NCBI GenBank assembly: GCA_963796055.1
Contig: CAWCKH010000005.1
Span: 96,001-160,000 of the forward strand
DNA from: an uncultured delta proteobacterium
GTDB lineage: Bacteria; Myxococcota; Myxococcia; Myxococcales; Myxococcaceae
DNA: 64,000 nt
Direction of reading: 5' to 3'
Position 1 is the stretch's first letter. Each line of letters opens with the position of its first letter. Position numbers and translations under genes: made by a program. The notes below the pieces were generated by a model. That model saw only the letters and a program-made list of their open reading frames with translations, did no database searches and had not been told where the DNA came from. Positions 28,913 through 39,282 of the stretch are shown here, in pieces.

Positions 28913-31900
28913 GCGCAGGGGGACAGGAACCGCCCTCTGTCCCGGGCGGGGCGGCCGGCGTCTCCCCCCAGCACCAGGAGGACGCCCCTGGAGCCGCTCC
29001 GGGGCGCGGGGCGTCCGGGCTGAGCGAGCCCTTCATCCGGCGTCCCATCGGCACCTCGCTGCTCGCGGCGGCGATCATCCTCCTGGGGGTGGCGGCGTAC
29101 ACCCAGCTCCCGGTGGCGCCCCTGCCACGGGTCGACCTGCCCACCATCTCGGTCTACGCCAACCTGCCCGGGGCGAGCCCGGAGACGATGTCCTCGGCGG
29201 TCGCGACCCCGCTGGAGCGTCGCCTGGGGCGCATCGCCGGGCTCACCGACATGACGTCGACCAGCTCGCTGGGTTCGACGTCCATCACCCTCCAGTTCGA
29301 GCTGAACCGCGACCAGGACGCCGCGGGGCGCGACGTGCAGGCGGCGATCAACGCCGCGGCGGCCGACCTCCCGACCAACCTGCCCTTCCGCCCCAACTAC
29401 CGGAAGGTGAACCCGAGCGACACGCCGATCCTGATCCTGGCGCTGACCTCGGAGACCTTGCCGCTGCCCCAGGTCTTCGACGCGGCGGACACGGTGCTGG
29501 CGCAGCGCATCGCGCAGGAAGAGGGCGTGGGCCAGGTCTTCGTGGGCGGTGGGCAGCAGCCGGCGGTCCGGGTGCAAGTGGATCCCGAGTCGGCAGCCGG
29601 GGTGAACCTCACCCTGGCCGACGTGCGTCAGGTGCTCGCCGGCGCCTCGGTGAATCGCCCCACCGGGAGCGTGGGGGGCGAGCTGCAATCGACCACGCTC
29701 GCCACCAACGACCAGCTCTTCCGAGCCGACCAGTACCGGGACCTCCTGCTCGCCCAGACCCCGAACGGGGTGGTGCGGCTCGGGGACGTGGCCCGGGTGG
29801 AGGACAGCGTCCAGAACACGCGGGTGGCGGGGTGGACCAACGGCGTGCGCTCGGTGCTGATCATCGTCCGGCGGCAGCCCGGGGCGAACATCATCGACAC
29901 GGTGGAGCGGATCAAGGCGCTGCTCCCGTCGCTGGCCTCCTCGGTCTCGCCGGCGATCAACATCCAGGTCGCCTCCGACCGGACCCAGACCATCCGTGCC
30001 TCGGTGCACGACGTGGAGAGGGCCCTGCTGGTCAGCGTGGCGTTGGTGGTGGTGGTGGTGTTCCTCTTCCTCCGCTCGGCCCGGGCCACCGCCATCCCCA
30101 CCATCGCCATGCCGCTGTCGATCCTCGGCACGTTCGCGGTGATGTGGCTGCTCGGCTACAGCGTGAACAACCTCTCGCTGATGGCGCTCACCATCTCCAC
30201 CGGCTTCGTGGTGGACGACGCCATCGTGGTCACCGAGAACATCGCCCGGTACGTCGAGCAGGGGATGCGTCCATTCCAGGCCGCGCTCCGCGGAGCGCGG
30301 GAGATCGGCTTCACCATCGTCTCCATGACCGTGTCGCTGCTCGCGGTGTTCATCCCCATCCTCCTGATGGGGGGCATCGTCGGGCGGCTGTTCCGCGAGT
30401 TCGCGGTGACCCTGGCGGTGGCGATCACCGTCTCGGGCCTGGTCTCGCTCACCGTGACCCCGATGATGGCCTCGCGCTTCCTCCAGGCCCCCCACGAGCG
30501 CGAGCGGGGACGCTTCTATCGGTACAGCGAGCGGGCCTTCCAGAAACTCTCCTCCGGTTACGACCGGTCGCTGCGCGCCGTGCTGGCGCACGCCTGGCTG
30601 ATGCTCGGGGTGGTGCTGGGCGCCGTGGCAGTCACCGTCCTTCTCTTCGTGCGCATCCCGAAGGGGCTGTTCCCGCAGCAGGACAACGGGTTGCTCATCG
30701 GCTTCAGCGAGGCACCCCAGGACGTGAGCTACCAGACGATGCGCGAGCGGCAGATGCAGGTGAACACCATCGTCGGGGCGGACCCGGACGTGTCGAGCGT
30801 GGTGTCGTTCATCGGCGGGGGCTTCGCGGGTGGAGCGGGCAACACCGGGTCGCTATTCGTGACGCTCAAGCCGCGGCCGCCGCGCAAGGCCACCGCGGAT
30901 CAGATCATCGCCCGGCTGCGGCCGAAGCTGGGGAAGCTGGTGGGCATCAACCTCTACCTCCAGGCGGCTCAGGACGTGCGGGTGGGCGGGAGGCTGGCCC
31001 GGACCCAGTACCAGTACACCATCCAGGATCCGGACCTGACCGAGCTCAACACCTGGGCCCCTCGGGTCTTCGAGGCGCTGAAGGGGCTTCCGGAGCTCAC
31101 CGACGTGGCCACCGACCAGCAGTCGGCCGGGCTGGAGCTGCGGATCTCCATCGACCGCGACAGCGCCGCGCGGCTGGGGGTCACCGTCCGGGACATCGAC
31201 AACGCGCTCTACGATGCCTTCGGCCAGCGGCAGATCTCGGTCACCTACGGCCAGGCGAACCAGTACCGGGTGGTGATGGAGGTCACCCCGGCGTACCTCG
31301 AGGACGTGGACACGCTGAAGGTCCTCTACGTCCGTTCGAGCTCGGGCGGGCTCGTCCCGCTGTCGGCCCTCACCACCGTGACCCGCGGGAACCTGCCCAC
31401 CTCCATCAACCACCAGGGCCAGTTCCCCTCGGTGACGCTGTCATTCAATCTCGCCCCGGGGAAGTCGCTGAGCGACGCGGTGAAGGCCGTGCAGGGTGCA
31501 GAGGCCGAGATCCGGCTCCCGGCCAGCGTCCAGGGCGGCTTCACCGGGACCGCGCAGGCCTTCCAACAATCACTGTCCAGCCAGCCGATGCTGATCATCC
31601 TCGCGCTGCTGGCGGTCTACGTCGTCCTCGGCGTGCTCTACGAGAGCTACGTCCATCCAATCACCATCCTCTCCACCCTCCCCACCGCGGGGGTGGGCGC
31701 GCTCCTGGCCCTGAGGCTCACCGGGACCGACCTGAGCATCGTGGCGATCATCGGGATCATCCTCCTCATCGGCATCGTGAAGAAGAACGCGATCATGATG
31801 GTGGACTTCGCGATCGATGCCGAGCGGAGCGAGGGGCTGTCCACCCGCGCGGCCATCCTCAAGGCCTCCGAGCTGCGCTTCCGGCCCATCCTGATGACCA

Positions 31901-32124
31901 CCCTGGCCGCGATGTTCGGGGCGTTGCCGCTGGCGCTGGGCTCGGGCCTGGGCTCCGAGCTGCGCCGGCCACTGGGCATCAGCGTGGTGGGCGGGCTGCT
32001 CCTGAGCCAGCTCCTCACCCTGTACACCACCCCCGTCATCTACCTGTTCATGGACCGGTTCTCGCGCCACCGTCGGCGGCTGCCGGACGGCTCGCCCGCC
32101 CCGGCGCTTGTCCCCGCCAGCTGA
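28909..32124 (+). CDS. mdtC: MdtC/MuxC-like RND permease
   Basis: FIRRPIGTSLL, PLERRLGRIAG, YRKVNPSD and GIVKKNAIMMVDFA; GTGA overlap with mdtB. Confidence 0.9.
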   Translation: MSAGGQEPPSVPGGAAGVSPQHQEDAPGAAPGRGASGLSEPFIRRPIGTSLLAAAIILLGVAAYTQLPVAPLPRVDLPTISVYANLPGASPETMSSAVATPLERRLGRIAGLTDMTSTSSLGSTSITLQFELNRDQDAAGRDVQAAINAAAADLPTNLPFRPNYRKVNPSDTPILILALTSETLPLPQVFDAADTVLAQRIAQEEGVGQVFVGGGQQPAVRVQVDPESAAGVNLTLADVRQVLAGASVNRPTGSVGGELQSTTLATNDQLFRADQYRDLLLAQTPNGVVRLGDVARVEDSVQNTRVAGWTNGVRSVLIIVRRQPGANIIDTVERIKALLPSLASSVSPAINIQVASDRTQTIRASVHDVERALLVSVALVVVVVFLFLRSARATAIPTIAMPLSILGTFAVMWLLGYSVNNLSLMALTISTGFVVDDAIVVTENIARYVEQGMRPFQAALRGAREIGFTIVSMTVSLLAVFIPILLMGGIVGRLFREFAVTLAVAITVSGLVSLTVTPMMASRFLQAPHERERGRFYRYSERAFQKLSSGYDRSLRAVLAHAWLMLGVVLGAVAVTVLLFVRIPKGLFPQQDNGLLIGFSEAPQDVSYQTMRERQMQVNTIVGADPDVSSVVSFIGGGFAGGAGNTGSLFVTLKPRPPRKATADQIIARLRPKLGKLVGINLYLQAAQDVRVGGRLARTQYQYTIQDPDLTELNTWAPRVFEALKGLPELTDVATDQQSAGLELRISIDRDSAARLGVTVRDIDNALYDAFGQRQISVTYGQANQYRVVMEVTPAYLEDVDTLKVLYVRSSSGGLVPLSALTTVTRGNLPTSINHQGQFPSVTLSFNLAPGKSLSDAVKAVQGAEAEIRLPASVQGGFTGTAQAFQQSLSSQPMLIILALLAVYVVLGVLYESYVHPITILSTLPTAGVGALLALRLTGTDLSIVAIIGIILLIGIVKKNAIMMVDFAIDAERSEGLSTRAAILKASELRFRPILMTTLAAMFGALPLALGSGLGSELRRPLGISVVGGLLLSQLLTLYTTPVIYLFMDRFSRHRRRLPDGSPAPALVPAS

Positions 32125-32178
32125 CCAATCCGGAAGAGGGGCTTGCGGTGGGCAGCGGTCCGGTTAAGGACGCTGGTC

Positions 32179-33858
32179 ATGGCCGAGACGCCCCTTCCAG
32201 TGGAGCGGCGGGAACAGATGTTTCCCGTCCTGACCCCGCCGCAGCTGCAGCGCATCGCGCACTACGGCACCCGCCGAGCGGTGAAGGACGGGGAAGTCCT
32301 CTTTCGCCAGGGCGACGAGGGCGTGCACTTCTACGTCCTCCTGAGCGGGGAGCTGGACATCGTCCGTCCCGACGGCGAGGGCGAGAGCCTCATCGTCCGG
32401 CACCAGCCCGGGAACTTCACCGGGGAGACCGCCATGCTCTCCGGTCGCCGGGCGCTGGCCACCGGCCGGTTCAGGGGCAACGGGGAGGTGGTGGACATCC
32501 CTCCCTCGGCACTGCGGAACCTGGTGGTGACCGACGCCGAGCTCAGTGAGCTCCTGATGCGGGCGTTCATTCTCCGCCGTGTGAGCCTCATCTCCAACAG
32601 TCTCGGCGACGCCGTGGTCCTGGGCTCGCGGCATTGCGCCCGCACGCTCGGGCTCCGGGAGTTCCTCACCCGCAACGGCCATCCGTTCACCTACCTCGAC
32701 GTCGAGCAGGACGAGGGCGCGCGGGCCCTGGTCGAACGTTTCCACATCAGCCCGCAGGACATCCCGGTGCTCATCTGCCGCGGCACGAAGGTCCTCCGGG
32801 CGCCCAGCAACGCCGAGGTCGCCGAGTGCCTGGGCTTCAACGCGGGCATCACGACCGATGCGGTGCGCGACGTGGTGGTGGTGGGCGCCGGACCGGCGGG
32901 GCTCTCGGCCGCGGTGTACGCCGCCAGCGAGGGGCTGGACGTGCTGGTGCTGGAGGCGAATGCGCCCGGCGGGCAGGCCGGATCGAGCTCGAAGATCGAG
33001 AACTACCTCGGCTTCCCCACCGGGATCTCCGGACAGGCCCTGGCCGGCCGCGCGTTCACCCAGGCCCAGAAGTTCGGAGCCAGCGTGGCCATCGCTCGCA
33101 ACGTCGCCCGGCTGGACTGCAGCGTTCGTCCCTACGCGGTCGAGCTGGACAATGGGGAGCGGATCCGTGCCCGCGCGGTCGTGATCGCGAGTGGAGCGCG
33201 CTACCGGAGGCTCGCGGTGGAGAACCTCGCCCAGTTCGAGAACGCCGGCGTGTACTACGGAGCGACCTTCGTCGAGGCCAAGCTGTGCGAGGGCGAGGAG
33301 GTGGTGGTCATCGGCGGGGGGAACTCTGCTGGGCAGGCCGCGGTCTACCTCTCCGGCATCGCGCGGCACGTGCACATGCTGGTGCGCTCGGGCGGTCTGG
33401 CGGACACCATGTCCCGTTACCTCATCCGGCGCATCGAGGACACCCCGACCATCACCCTGCGGACCCGGACGCAGATCACCGGGCTGACGGGGACCGGCGC
33501 GCTGGAGGCGCTGCGCTGGACGAACAGCGCCAGCGGGGAGAGCGAGGACCGTCCGATCCGCCACATCTTCTGCATGATGGGCGCGGATCCCTGCACCAGC
33601 TGGCTCCAGGGGTGCGTGGCGCTGGACGACAAGGGGTTCGTGAAGACCGGACAGGACCTGCTGCCCGAGGACCTCCAGAGCACCGGCTGGCAGCTCACCC
33701 GCCACCCGCTGCTCCTGGAGACCTCCCGGCCTGGCATCTTCGCCGTGGGGGACGTCCGGGCGGGCAACGTGAAGCGGGTGGCCTCGGCGGTGGGCGAGGG
33801 CAGCATCTCCATCCAGCTGGTGCACCGGGTCCTCGCGGGTCTGAGCGCCGCAGGCTGA
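32179..33858 (+). CDS. cNMP-binding-domain / thioredoxin-reductase-like FAD-dependent oxidoreductase
   Basis: N-terminal cNMP domain (LFRQGDE, FYVLLSGEL, GNFTGE), then GAGPAGLSAA, IENYLGFPTGISG, IGGGNSA and GDVRAG. Confidence 0.88.
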   Translation: MAETPLPVERREQMFPVLTPPQLQRIAHYGTRRAVKDGEVLFRQGDEGVHFYVLLSGELDIVRPDGEGESLIVRHQPGNFTGETAMLSGRRALATGRFRGNGEVVDIPPSALRNLVVTDAELSELLMRAFILRRVSLISNSLGDAVVLGSRHCARTLGLREFLTRNGHPFTYLDVEQDEGARALVERFHISPQDIPVLICRGTKVLRAPSNAEVAECLGFNAGITTDAVRDVVVVGAGPAGLSAAVYAASEGLDVLVLEANAPGGQAGSSSKIENYLGFPTGISGQALAGRAFTQAQKFGASVAIARNVARLDCSVRPYAVELDNGERIRARAVVIASGARYRRLAVENLAQFENAGVYYGATFVEAKLCEGEEVVVIGGGNSAGQAAVYLSGIARHVHMLVRSGGLADTMSRYLIRRIEDTPTITLRTRTQITGLTGTGALEALRWTNSASGESEDRPIRHIFCMMGADPCTSWLQGCVALDDKGFVKTGQDLLPEDLQSTGWQLTRHPLLLETSRPGIFAVGDVRAGNVKRVASAVGEGSISIQLVHRVLAGLSAAG

Positions 33859-33899
33859 GACCTGGTCCAGCCCTCCGCCCGGGGTAGTCTCGTCGTCCC

Positions 33900-34697
33900 G
33901 TGACCTGCGCCCGCGGACTCCGCTCTCTCCTCCTCGTCACCGCGCTCCTCGCCACGACCCGCGCCGCGGCCCAGGACGCGTTCGAGATCCAGGTCTACGA
34001 CGCTGTCACCGCCGGTCCGCTCGAGCCGGGCCTCGAGGTCCACCTCAACCACTTCTTCGAGGGGACGACCGAGCCCAGCCCCGCGGGCGAGGTGCCGACC
34101 GAGCACCTGACGCACGTCACCTTCGAGCCGCACCTGGGGCTCACCCGGTGGTGGGAGCTCGGGCTCTACATCCAGACCGTGCTCCGACCCGATGGAAGCT
34201 GGGACTCGGGAGGGATGAAGCTCCGCACCAAGTTCCGCTGGCCCGAGCCGGTGGGCGCGTTCCGCTTCGCCCTCAACTTCGAGCTGTCCCGCACCTCCAA
34301 GCTCTACGAGGCCGACGGCTGGGGTTCCGAGGTCAGGCCGATCGTCGATGCGCGGTGGGGCCGCTGGTACCTGGCCATCAATCCCATCGTGAGCCTCCCG
34401 CTCGCCGGCGAGGACGCCTGGAAGCCGGACTTCGAGCCCGCGACCAAGGTGAGCTTCGACGTGGGTAGCAGCTGGGCGGTGGGGCTCGAGACCTACTCGG
34501 CCTTCGGTCAGTTCGGGAACTTCCTGCCCTGGGACCAGCAGACGCACCGGGTGTTCGCCGTGGTCGACGCAACGTGGAGCTGGTTCGCGCTCAACTTCGG
34601 CGTGGGGTACGGGACCGGACCCGAGAAGTGGATCGTCAAGGCGATCCTCACCTTCGCTCCTCCCGAGGAGTCCCCGGAGCTCCCCTCTCCACGCTGA
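33900..34697 (+). CDS. Hypothetical exported protein, probable outer-membrane beta-barrel
   Basis: Signal peptide ending AAA-Q, FEIQVYD N-terminus, and aromatic-rich alternating beta-strand pattern. Confidence 0.65.
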   Translation: MTCARGLRSLLLVTALLATTRAAAQDAFEIQVYDAVTAGPLEPGLEVHLNHFFEGTTEPSPAGEVPTEHLTHVTFEPHLGLTRWWELGLYIQTVLRPDGSWDSGGMKLRTKFRWPEPVGAFRFALNFELSRTSKLYEADGWGSEVRPIVDARWGRWYLAINPIVSLPLAGEDAWKPDFEPATKVSFDVGSSWAVGLETYSAFGQFGNFLPWDQQTHRVFAVVDATWSWFALNFGVGYGTGPEKWIVKAILTFAPPEESPELPSPR

Positions 34698-34706
34698 GCA
34701 CGCTGC

Positions 34707-35489
34707 TCAGTGCATGTGCCAGCCGTGGCTGGCGACCATCAGCTGCCCGGTGAGGGCGGCACTGGGGAAGGCGGCCAGGTCGATGGCCAGCTGCGCGATG
34801 TCCTCCAGGGTGGTGAACTCGCCGTCCACCGTGCTCCCGAGCATCACCTTCTTCACCACCTCTTCCTCGCTGATGCCCAGGGTCTTCGCCTGCTCGGGGA
34901 TCTGCTTCTCCACCAGCGGGGTACGGACGAAGCCAGGGCAGATGACGTTGGTGCGGACCCCGATCGTCGCCCCCTCCTTCGCCGCGGCGCGGGCCAGGCC
35001 GAGCAGCCCGTGCTTGGCCGCGACGTAGGCGGCCTTGAGCGCCGAGGCCTCCACGCTGTGCACGCTGCCCATGTACAGGAGGAGCCCGCCCTTCCCCGCG
35101 GACTGCCAGTGGCGCATCGCCGCTCGCGTCAACAGGAAGCCACCGTCGAGGTGGATGGCGAGGACCCGGCGCCAGTCGGCGAGCTGGAACTCGGTGATGG
35201 GCGCGATGTGCTGCACCCCGGCGTTGCTCACCGCCACGTCCAGCCGGCCGAGCACGCGGACCGTCTCCGCCACGCCCTTCTCCACCTGCTCCTCGGAGGT
35301 GACGTCCATGGGGAGCGCCAGGGCACGCCCGCCCCGCTCCTCGACGGCCCTGGCCACGGCCCGGGCGCCGTCCAGGTTCACGTCGGCGATCGCCACCGCG
35401 GCTCCCTCCCGGGCGAAGCCCTCGGCCATCGCCCGGCCCAGACCTCCGCCTCCGCCCGTCACCAGAATCGCCCGCCCTGGAAGTCGCAT
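34707..35489 (-). CDS. 3-hydroxybutyrate dehydrogenase (SDR family)
   Basis: TGGGGGLG, SNAGVQH, GSVHS, YVAAKHG and ICPGFVRTPLVEKQIPEQA. Confidence 0.9.
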   Translation of the reverse strand: MRLPGRAILVTGGGGGLGRAMAEGFAREGAAVAIADVNLDGARAVARAVEERGGRALALPMDVTSEEQVEKGVAETVRVLGRLDVAVSNAGVQHIAPITEFQLADWRRVLAIHLDGGFLLTRAAMRHWQSAGKGGLLLYMGSVHSVEASALKAAYVAAKHGLLGLARAAAKEGATIGVRTNVICPGFVRTPLVEKQIPEQAKTLGISEEEVVKKVMLGSTVDGEFTTLEDIAQLAIDLAAFPSAALTGQLMVASHGWHMH

Positions 35490-35667
35490 CGTGCACACTC
35501 CTGTCTGCCGAAGGGTCCGCCCGCGGCCGGCCCGGGAGTCTGCCCCAGCGGGACGCCACCGGCCACGCTGGCGGAGCCCATCCCCCCACCGGCTGCACCA
35601 GGGCTCCCGGCCGGCCCGGCTCCTGCGCTAAGGAGGAGGGCCTTTCTGGCAGGGAGGCCTGGTTCCG

Positions 35668-36176
35668 ATGAAGCGCGCCGTGCTCGCCGTCACGATGGTC
35701 CTCGCCGCCGCGGCGGGGGCACAGGAGCCGCCCAAGCCCCCCTCGGCCTGTGGCCCCTGGTGACCTACTCCAGCGGGGTCAACCTGTACCTGAACGGCGA
35801 CGAGCTGGAGGTCGTCCACGTCACCCGGGCCGGAAACTACCCCTTCATCGACCTGGACGCCGGCGGCTCGATCGACGGAGTCGTCGCCGCGGCCGACCAG
35901 GTGCTGGCGATGATCGACGACCGGACCAAGCTCATCCCCGGCCACGGGGCGCTCGCGACCAAGGCCGATCTCCGGACCTACCGCGAGATGGTGGGCGGCA
36001 TCCGTGACCGGGTGAGGACGCTCATCGCCCAGGGCAAGACGCTGGAGCAGATCCTCGCCGCCAAGCCGAGCGCGCAGTGGGACGCGACCTGGGGCAAGGG
36101 CTTCATCGGCCCCGACCTGTTCGTGAGCACCGTCCACCGGAGCCTCACCGAGTCGAAGCCCACGGGGCCGAAGTGA
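35668..36176 (+). pseudogene. Internally deleted, frameshifted MBL-fold metallo-hydrolase (cyclase-like) gene
   Basis: RBS plus signal peptide MKRAVLAVTMVLAAAAGAQ stops at 35761. A different frame carries YPFIDLDAGGSIDG...KLIPGHG...GKTLEQILAAKP. The HxHxDH and HTDGD/GD motifs are missing. Confidence 0.75.
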
Positions 36177-36550
36177 CCGAGTCCTCGCCGCCGGAGCGGT
36201 CTCCGGGGGCGAAGCGCCCGGTGTCCATCTTCCTCACCGTGGCCTGCGCCTTCGCCGGACTGGCGGATCTGCAGGCGTTCGCCTTCGCCTTCTCGCGCGA
36301 GAACCGGCAGCGGTTCGCCGCCACGCCCTGGGTCCTCCCGGTGGGTGCCGCGGTGGCTCTCTTCCAGATCGCCTGCCTGGTGCTCCTCTGGCGCGGGCGG
36401 AGAACGGGCCTGTTCGGCTTCGTGGCCCTGGCGCTGGTCCAGGCCCTCGCGCTCGCCCCGGTGGTGGGAGCCTGGGCGCTCTGCTCCCTCGTGCCGGCGA
36501 TGCTGGTGGGGGCGGCGGGGGCGTGGAACTGGGAGCGCCTCCGCTCGTGA
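36173..36550 (+). CDS. Hypothetical membrane protein
   Basis: GTGA overlap with the preceding stop; about four hydrophobic segments. Confidence 0.55.
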   Translation: MTESSPPERSPGAKRPVSIFLTVACAFAGLADLQAFAFAFSRENRQRFAATPWVLPVGAAVALFQIACLVLLWRGRRTGLFGFVALALVQALALAPVVGAWALCSLVPAMLVGAAGAWNWERLRS

Positions 36551-36555
36551 CCGCG

Positions 36556-36927
36556 TCAGGCTCCGCCTGGCTCGACCACCACCGCGCTGCCGTAGCAGAG
36601 CACCTCGGTCACCCCCGCCGAGATCTCGGTGGCGTCGTATCGCGCGCCGATCACCGCATTGGCGCCGATCTGCCGCGCGTGCAGCGCCATCAGCTCGAAG
36701 GCCTCGCGGCGCGCCTGCTCGCACATCTCGGTCCACAGGGTGATGTTGCCCCCGAACAGGGTCTGCAACCCGGCGACGAAGGTGCCGACGATGTTGCGCG
36801 AGCGGACCACGATGCCCCGCACCACCCCCAGGTTCCGGACCACCCGGTGACCCGGCAGCTCGAAGGTGGTGGTCACCCGATCGAGCGGAAGCGTGGAGAG
36901 GGTGGTCAGCGGCGCACGGCTGCTCAT
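36556..36927 (-). CDS. YbjQ/UPF0145 family protein
   Basis: [25 protein letters not shown] and EVLCYGSAV. Confidence 0.9.
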   Translation of the reverse strand: MSSRAPLTTLSTLPLDRVTTTFELPGHRVVRNLGVVRGIVVRSRNIVGTFVAGLQTLFGGNITLWTEMCEQARREAFELMALHARQIGANAVIGARYDATEISAGVTEVLCYGSAVVVEPGGA

Positions 36928-37096
36928 GGTCGGCCTCCGGACGGCGGGGCGGGTCGAAGGTTGCCGGGACGGAAGAGTCTCCCTAGCCTTTTCCGGCCAG
37001 GCGCGCACTCGCCTACTTCGGCCCGGGAAAGGTCAAGGTGGTCGGCAAGCCGGAGCTGGACGCTACTTCTCGCCGCCGACCGGCTCGAGGTACGCC

Positions 37097-37618
37097 TCAC
37101 CCGGACGAAGCGCTGGCTCGCCTTCGGCGCGGGAGCCCCCGCGCTCTGGGCGACTCTGCGCGCGATCGAGAAACGCTGAGCGGCTCCGGCTGGGAGACCA
37201 CCTGGCGCAGCAGTCTGGCCAGGGCCCGCCGCTCGGTGGGGCGGAGCACCGCGAGCACCGGGGCGGTGGCCTGGTCCACCAGCGGCCGCAGTTGACGGAA
37301 CCAGCGCAGACCCGCCGAGGTCAGCTCCACCCGCCGCCGCCGCCGATCGGAGGGATCGGTGCCACGGGTGGTGAGACCCTTCCGCTCCAGCTCGTCCAGC
37401 TGGCGCGAGACGCCGGCCGGATGCTGCGCCGAAGCGTCGGCGAGCTCGCGCTGAGTGACCGGACCCAGCTCCGCCAGCCGATTCACCAGGCTCCAGGCCA
37501 CCACCGACTCGCCACGCGCCGCCAGCGCCCGGGCCGCGGCGATCCACAGCCGGCGCCGGGTCTGCCCCACCAGCCGGACCAGCTCCGCCGTCGCACGGTC
37601 TGCCTCTGGCGTCTTCAC
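37097..37618 (-). CDS. MarR-family transcriptional regulator
   Basis: GPVTQRELA...GVSRQLDELERKGL...DPSDRRRRRVELTSAG winged HTH; divergent from a TolC gene. Confidence 0.85.
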   Translation of the reverse strand: MKTPEADRATAELVRLVGQTRRRLWIAAARALAARGESVVAWSLVNRLAELGPVTQRELADASAQHPAGVSRQLDELERKGLTTRGTDPSDRRRRRVELTSAGLRWFRQLRPLVDQATAPVLAVLRPTERRALARLLRQVVSQPEPLSVSRSRAESPRARGLPRRRRASASSG

Positions 37619-37782
37619 GCTTCTTCACGCTCGTAGCGTTCTCTCCCGGGCGCTGTCCAGCTTCGGGAAGAGTCCCCGCTCCTTTTCCGCCGGCGGCGCC
37701 CCAGTTCGGGCGGCGAAGGGCCGGGCCCCGCGCTATACGGCTGCGCCGTTCACCCCCCAGGGCACCTCAGGAGTCGGAACAG

Positions 37783-39216
37783 GTGAGTGCTACTCGAAAA
37801 CCACGTCGCGTCCGCCGCACCGCGCCGGTGCTCTCGCTGGTACCGGTGCTCGTCCTCGCTGCATCCGCCACGGCCCAGGAACGCTCCGCGACCCCGCTGC
37901 TCAGCTTGGATGCGGGGTTCACCCAGGCGACGGCCTCCTCGCCCGACACCGTCCGTGCAGTGACCCGGAAGATCAGCCTCCGGGACGCGGTGGGGCAGGC
38001 CATCCAGCGGAATCCCAGCGCGCTCGTCGCCGCGGCGGACATCCGCCGGGTCGGAGGCCTGATGGAAGAGGTCCGCGCGGCCTCGCTGCCGACGCTCTCG
38101 GTGAACGCGACGTACACCCGGCTCAACAAGGATCGCACCTTCGCCGCCAGCGGCTCCGACGGGGGGACGGAGAACGTGGTCGTGGCGAGCAAGGACTCGA
38201 TCAACATCACCGGCTCGCTCGCGATCCCGCTCATCGCGCCGCAGGCGTGGGCCAACTGGTCGCGGGCCGCCGATCAGCTGGAGACCTCGAAGTTCTCGGA
38301 GCGCGACGTGCAGCGAACGGTGGGCATCACCACCGCCCGGGCCTACCTCACCGTGTTCGCCCAGAAGCGGCAGGTGGAGGTCAACCGGCAGGCGCGGGAC
38401 AACTCGCTGGCCCACATGCAGTACGCGGACGCCCGGCTCCGCGGCGGAATCGGTAACCGGGTGGACTGGGCGCGCGCCGGTCAGGACCTGGAGCAGAACG
38501 AGGCGCTCCTCCAGAGCAGCTACGCCAACCTGTACCGGAGCCAGGAGGCGCTGGGCATCCTCCTGGGCGAGGACGAGCCGGTCGACGTCGAGGACATCCC
38601 GGCGATCCCGCAGATGCCCACCTTCGAGCAGGCGATCGAGGAGTCGCAGGGGCGCGCGGACATTCTGCTCTTCCGGCAGGAGGAGAAGGCTGCGGACCGC
38701 TCGCTCAACCTGAGCTGGACGGAGTACCTCCCCAACATCACCGTCGTCGGCCAGCCCTTCTACCAGGAGCCCTCGTCGCTCACGACGCCCAAGACCGGGT
38801 GGCAGATCCAGGCCCTCCTCACCTGGTACCTGTACGACGGCGGGGCTCGCTACGGCCGCACCCACCAGCGGGAGGCGGTCCTCGAGCAGGCCCGCATCCA
38901 GCTCGACGCGACGCTCCGGCAGGCGAACTCCGACGTGCGCGCAGCCATCGACAACGTGGAGCGCACCACGGCTGCGGTCGAGCGGCAGCGCAACTCGGCG
39001 ACGCTGGCGGACGACGCGATGCGCCTGGCCGACATCGCCTACCGCGCCGGGGCGAGCACCAACCTCGAGCTCATCGACGCGCAGCGCCGCGCCCGGGACG
39101 CCGAGACGCTGGCCAACATCGCCGAGGACAACCAGCGCCAGGCGTACATCGACCTGCTGGCGGCCTCCGGTCGCTTCCCTGCCGAGCTGGCGCAGCAGCC
39201 CCCGGCCCCGCGCTGA
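37783..39216 (+). CDS. TolC-family outer membrane protein
   Basis: Signal peptide, ISLRDAVGQAIQRNP, LYDGGAR and AYRAGASTNLELIDAQ. Confidence 0.88.
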   Translation: MSATRKPRRVRRTAPVLSLVPVLVLAASATAQERSATPLLSLDAGFTQATASSPDTVRAVTRKISLRDAVGQAIQRNPSALVAAADIRRVGGLMEEVRAASLPTLSVNATYTRLNKDRTFAASGSDGGTENVVVASKDSINITGSLAIPLIAPQAWANWSRAADQLETSKFSERDVQRTVGITTARAYLTVFAQKRQVEVNRQARDNSLAHMQYADARLRGGIGNRVDWARAGQDLEQNEALLQSSYANLYRSQEALGILLGEDEPVDVEDIPAIPQMPTFEQAIEESQGRADILLFRQEEKAADRSLNLSWTEYLPNITVVGQPFYQEPSSLTTPKTGWQIQALLTWYLYDGGARYGRTHQREAVLEQARIQLDATLRQANSDVRAAIDNVERTTAAVERQRNSATLADDAMRLADIAYRAGASTNLELIDAQRRARDAETLANIAEDNQRQAYIDLLAASGRFPAELAQQPPAPR

Positions 39217-39282
39217 CCCCGAGGATGCTGTAAGAACTTCTCACGTGGCTGGAAACAGCTGGCCGTGACACACTGGAAGGAC

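Noticed and set aside
28737..32549. 1270-aa plus-strand ORF overlapping mdtC
   Set aside because: Arg/Gly/Pro-rich alternative frame of a GC-rich gene.
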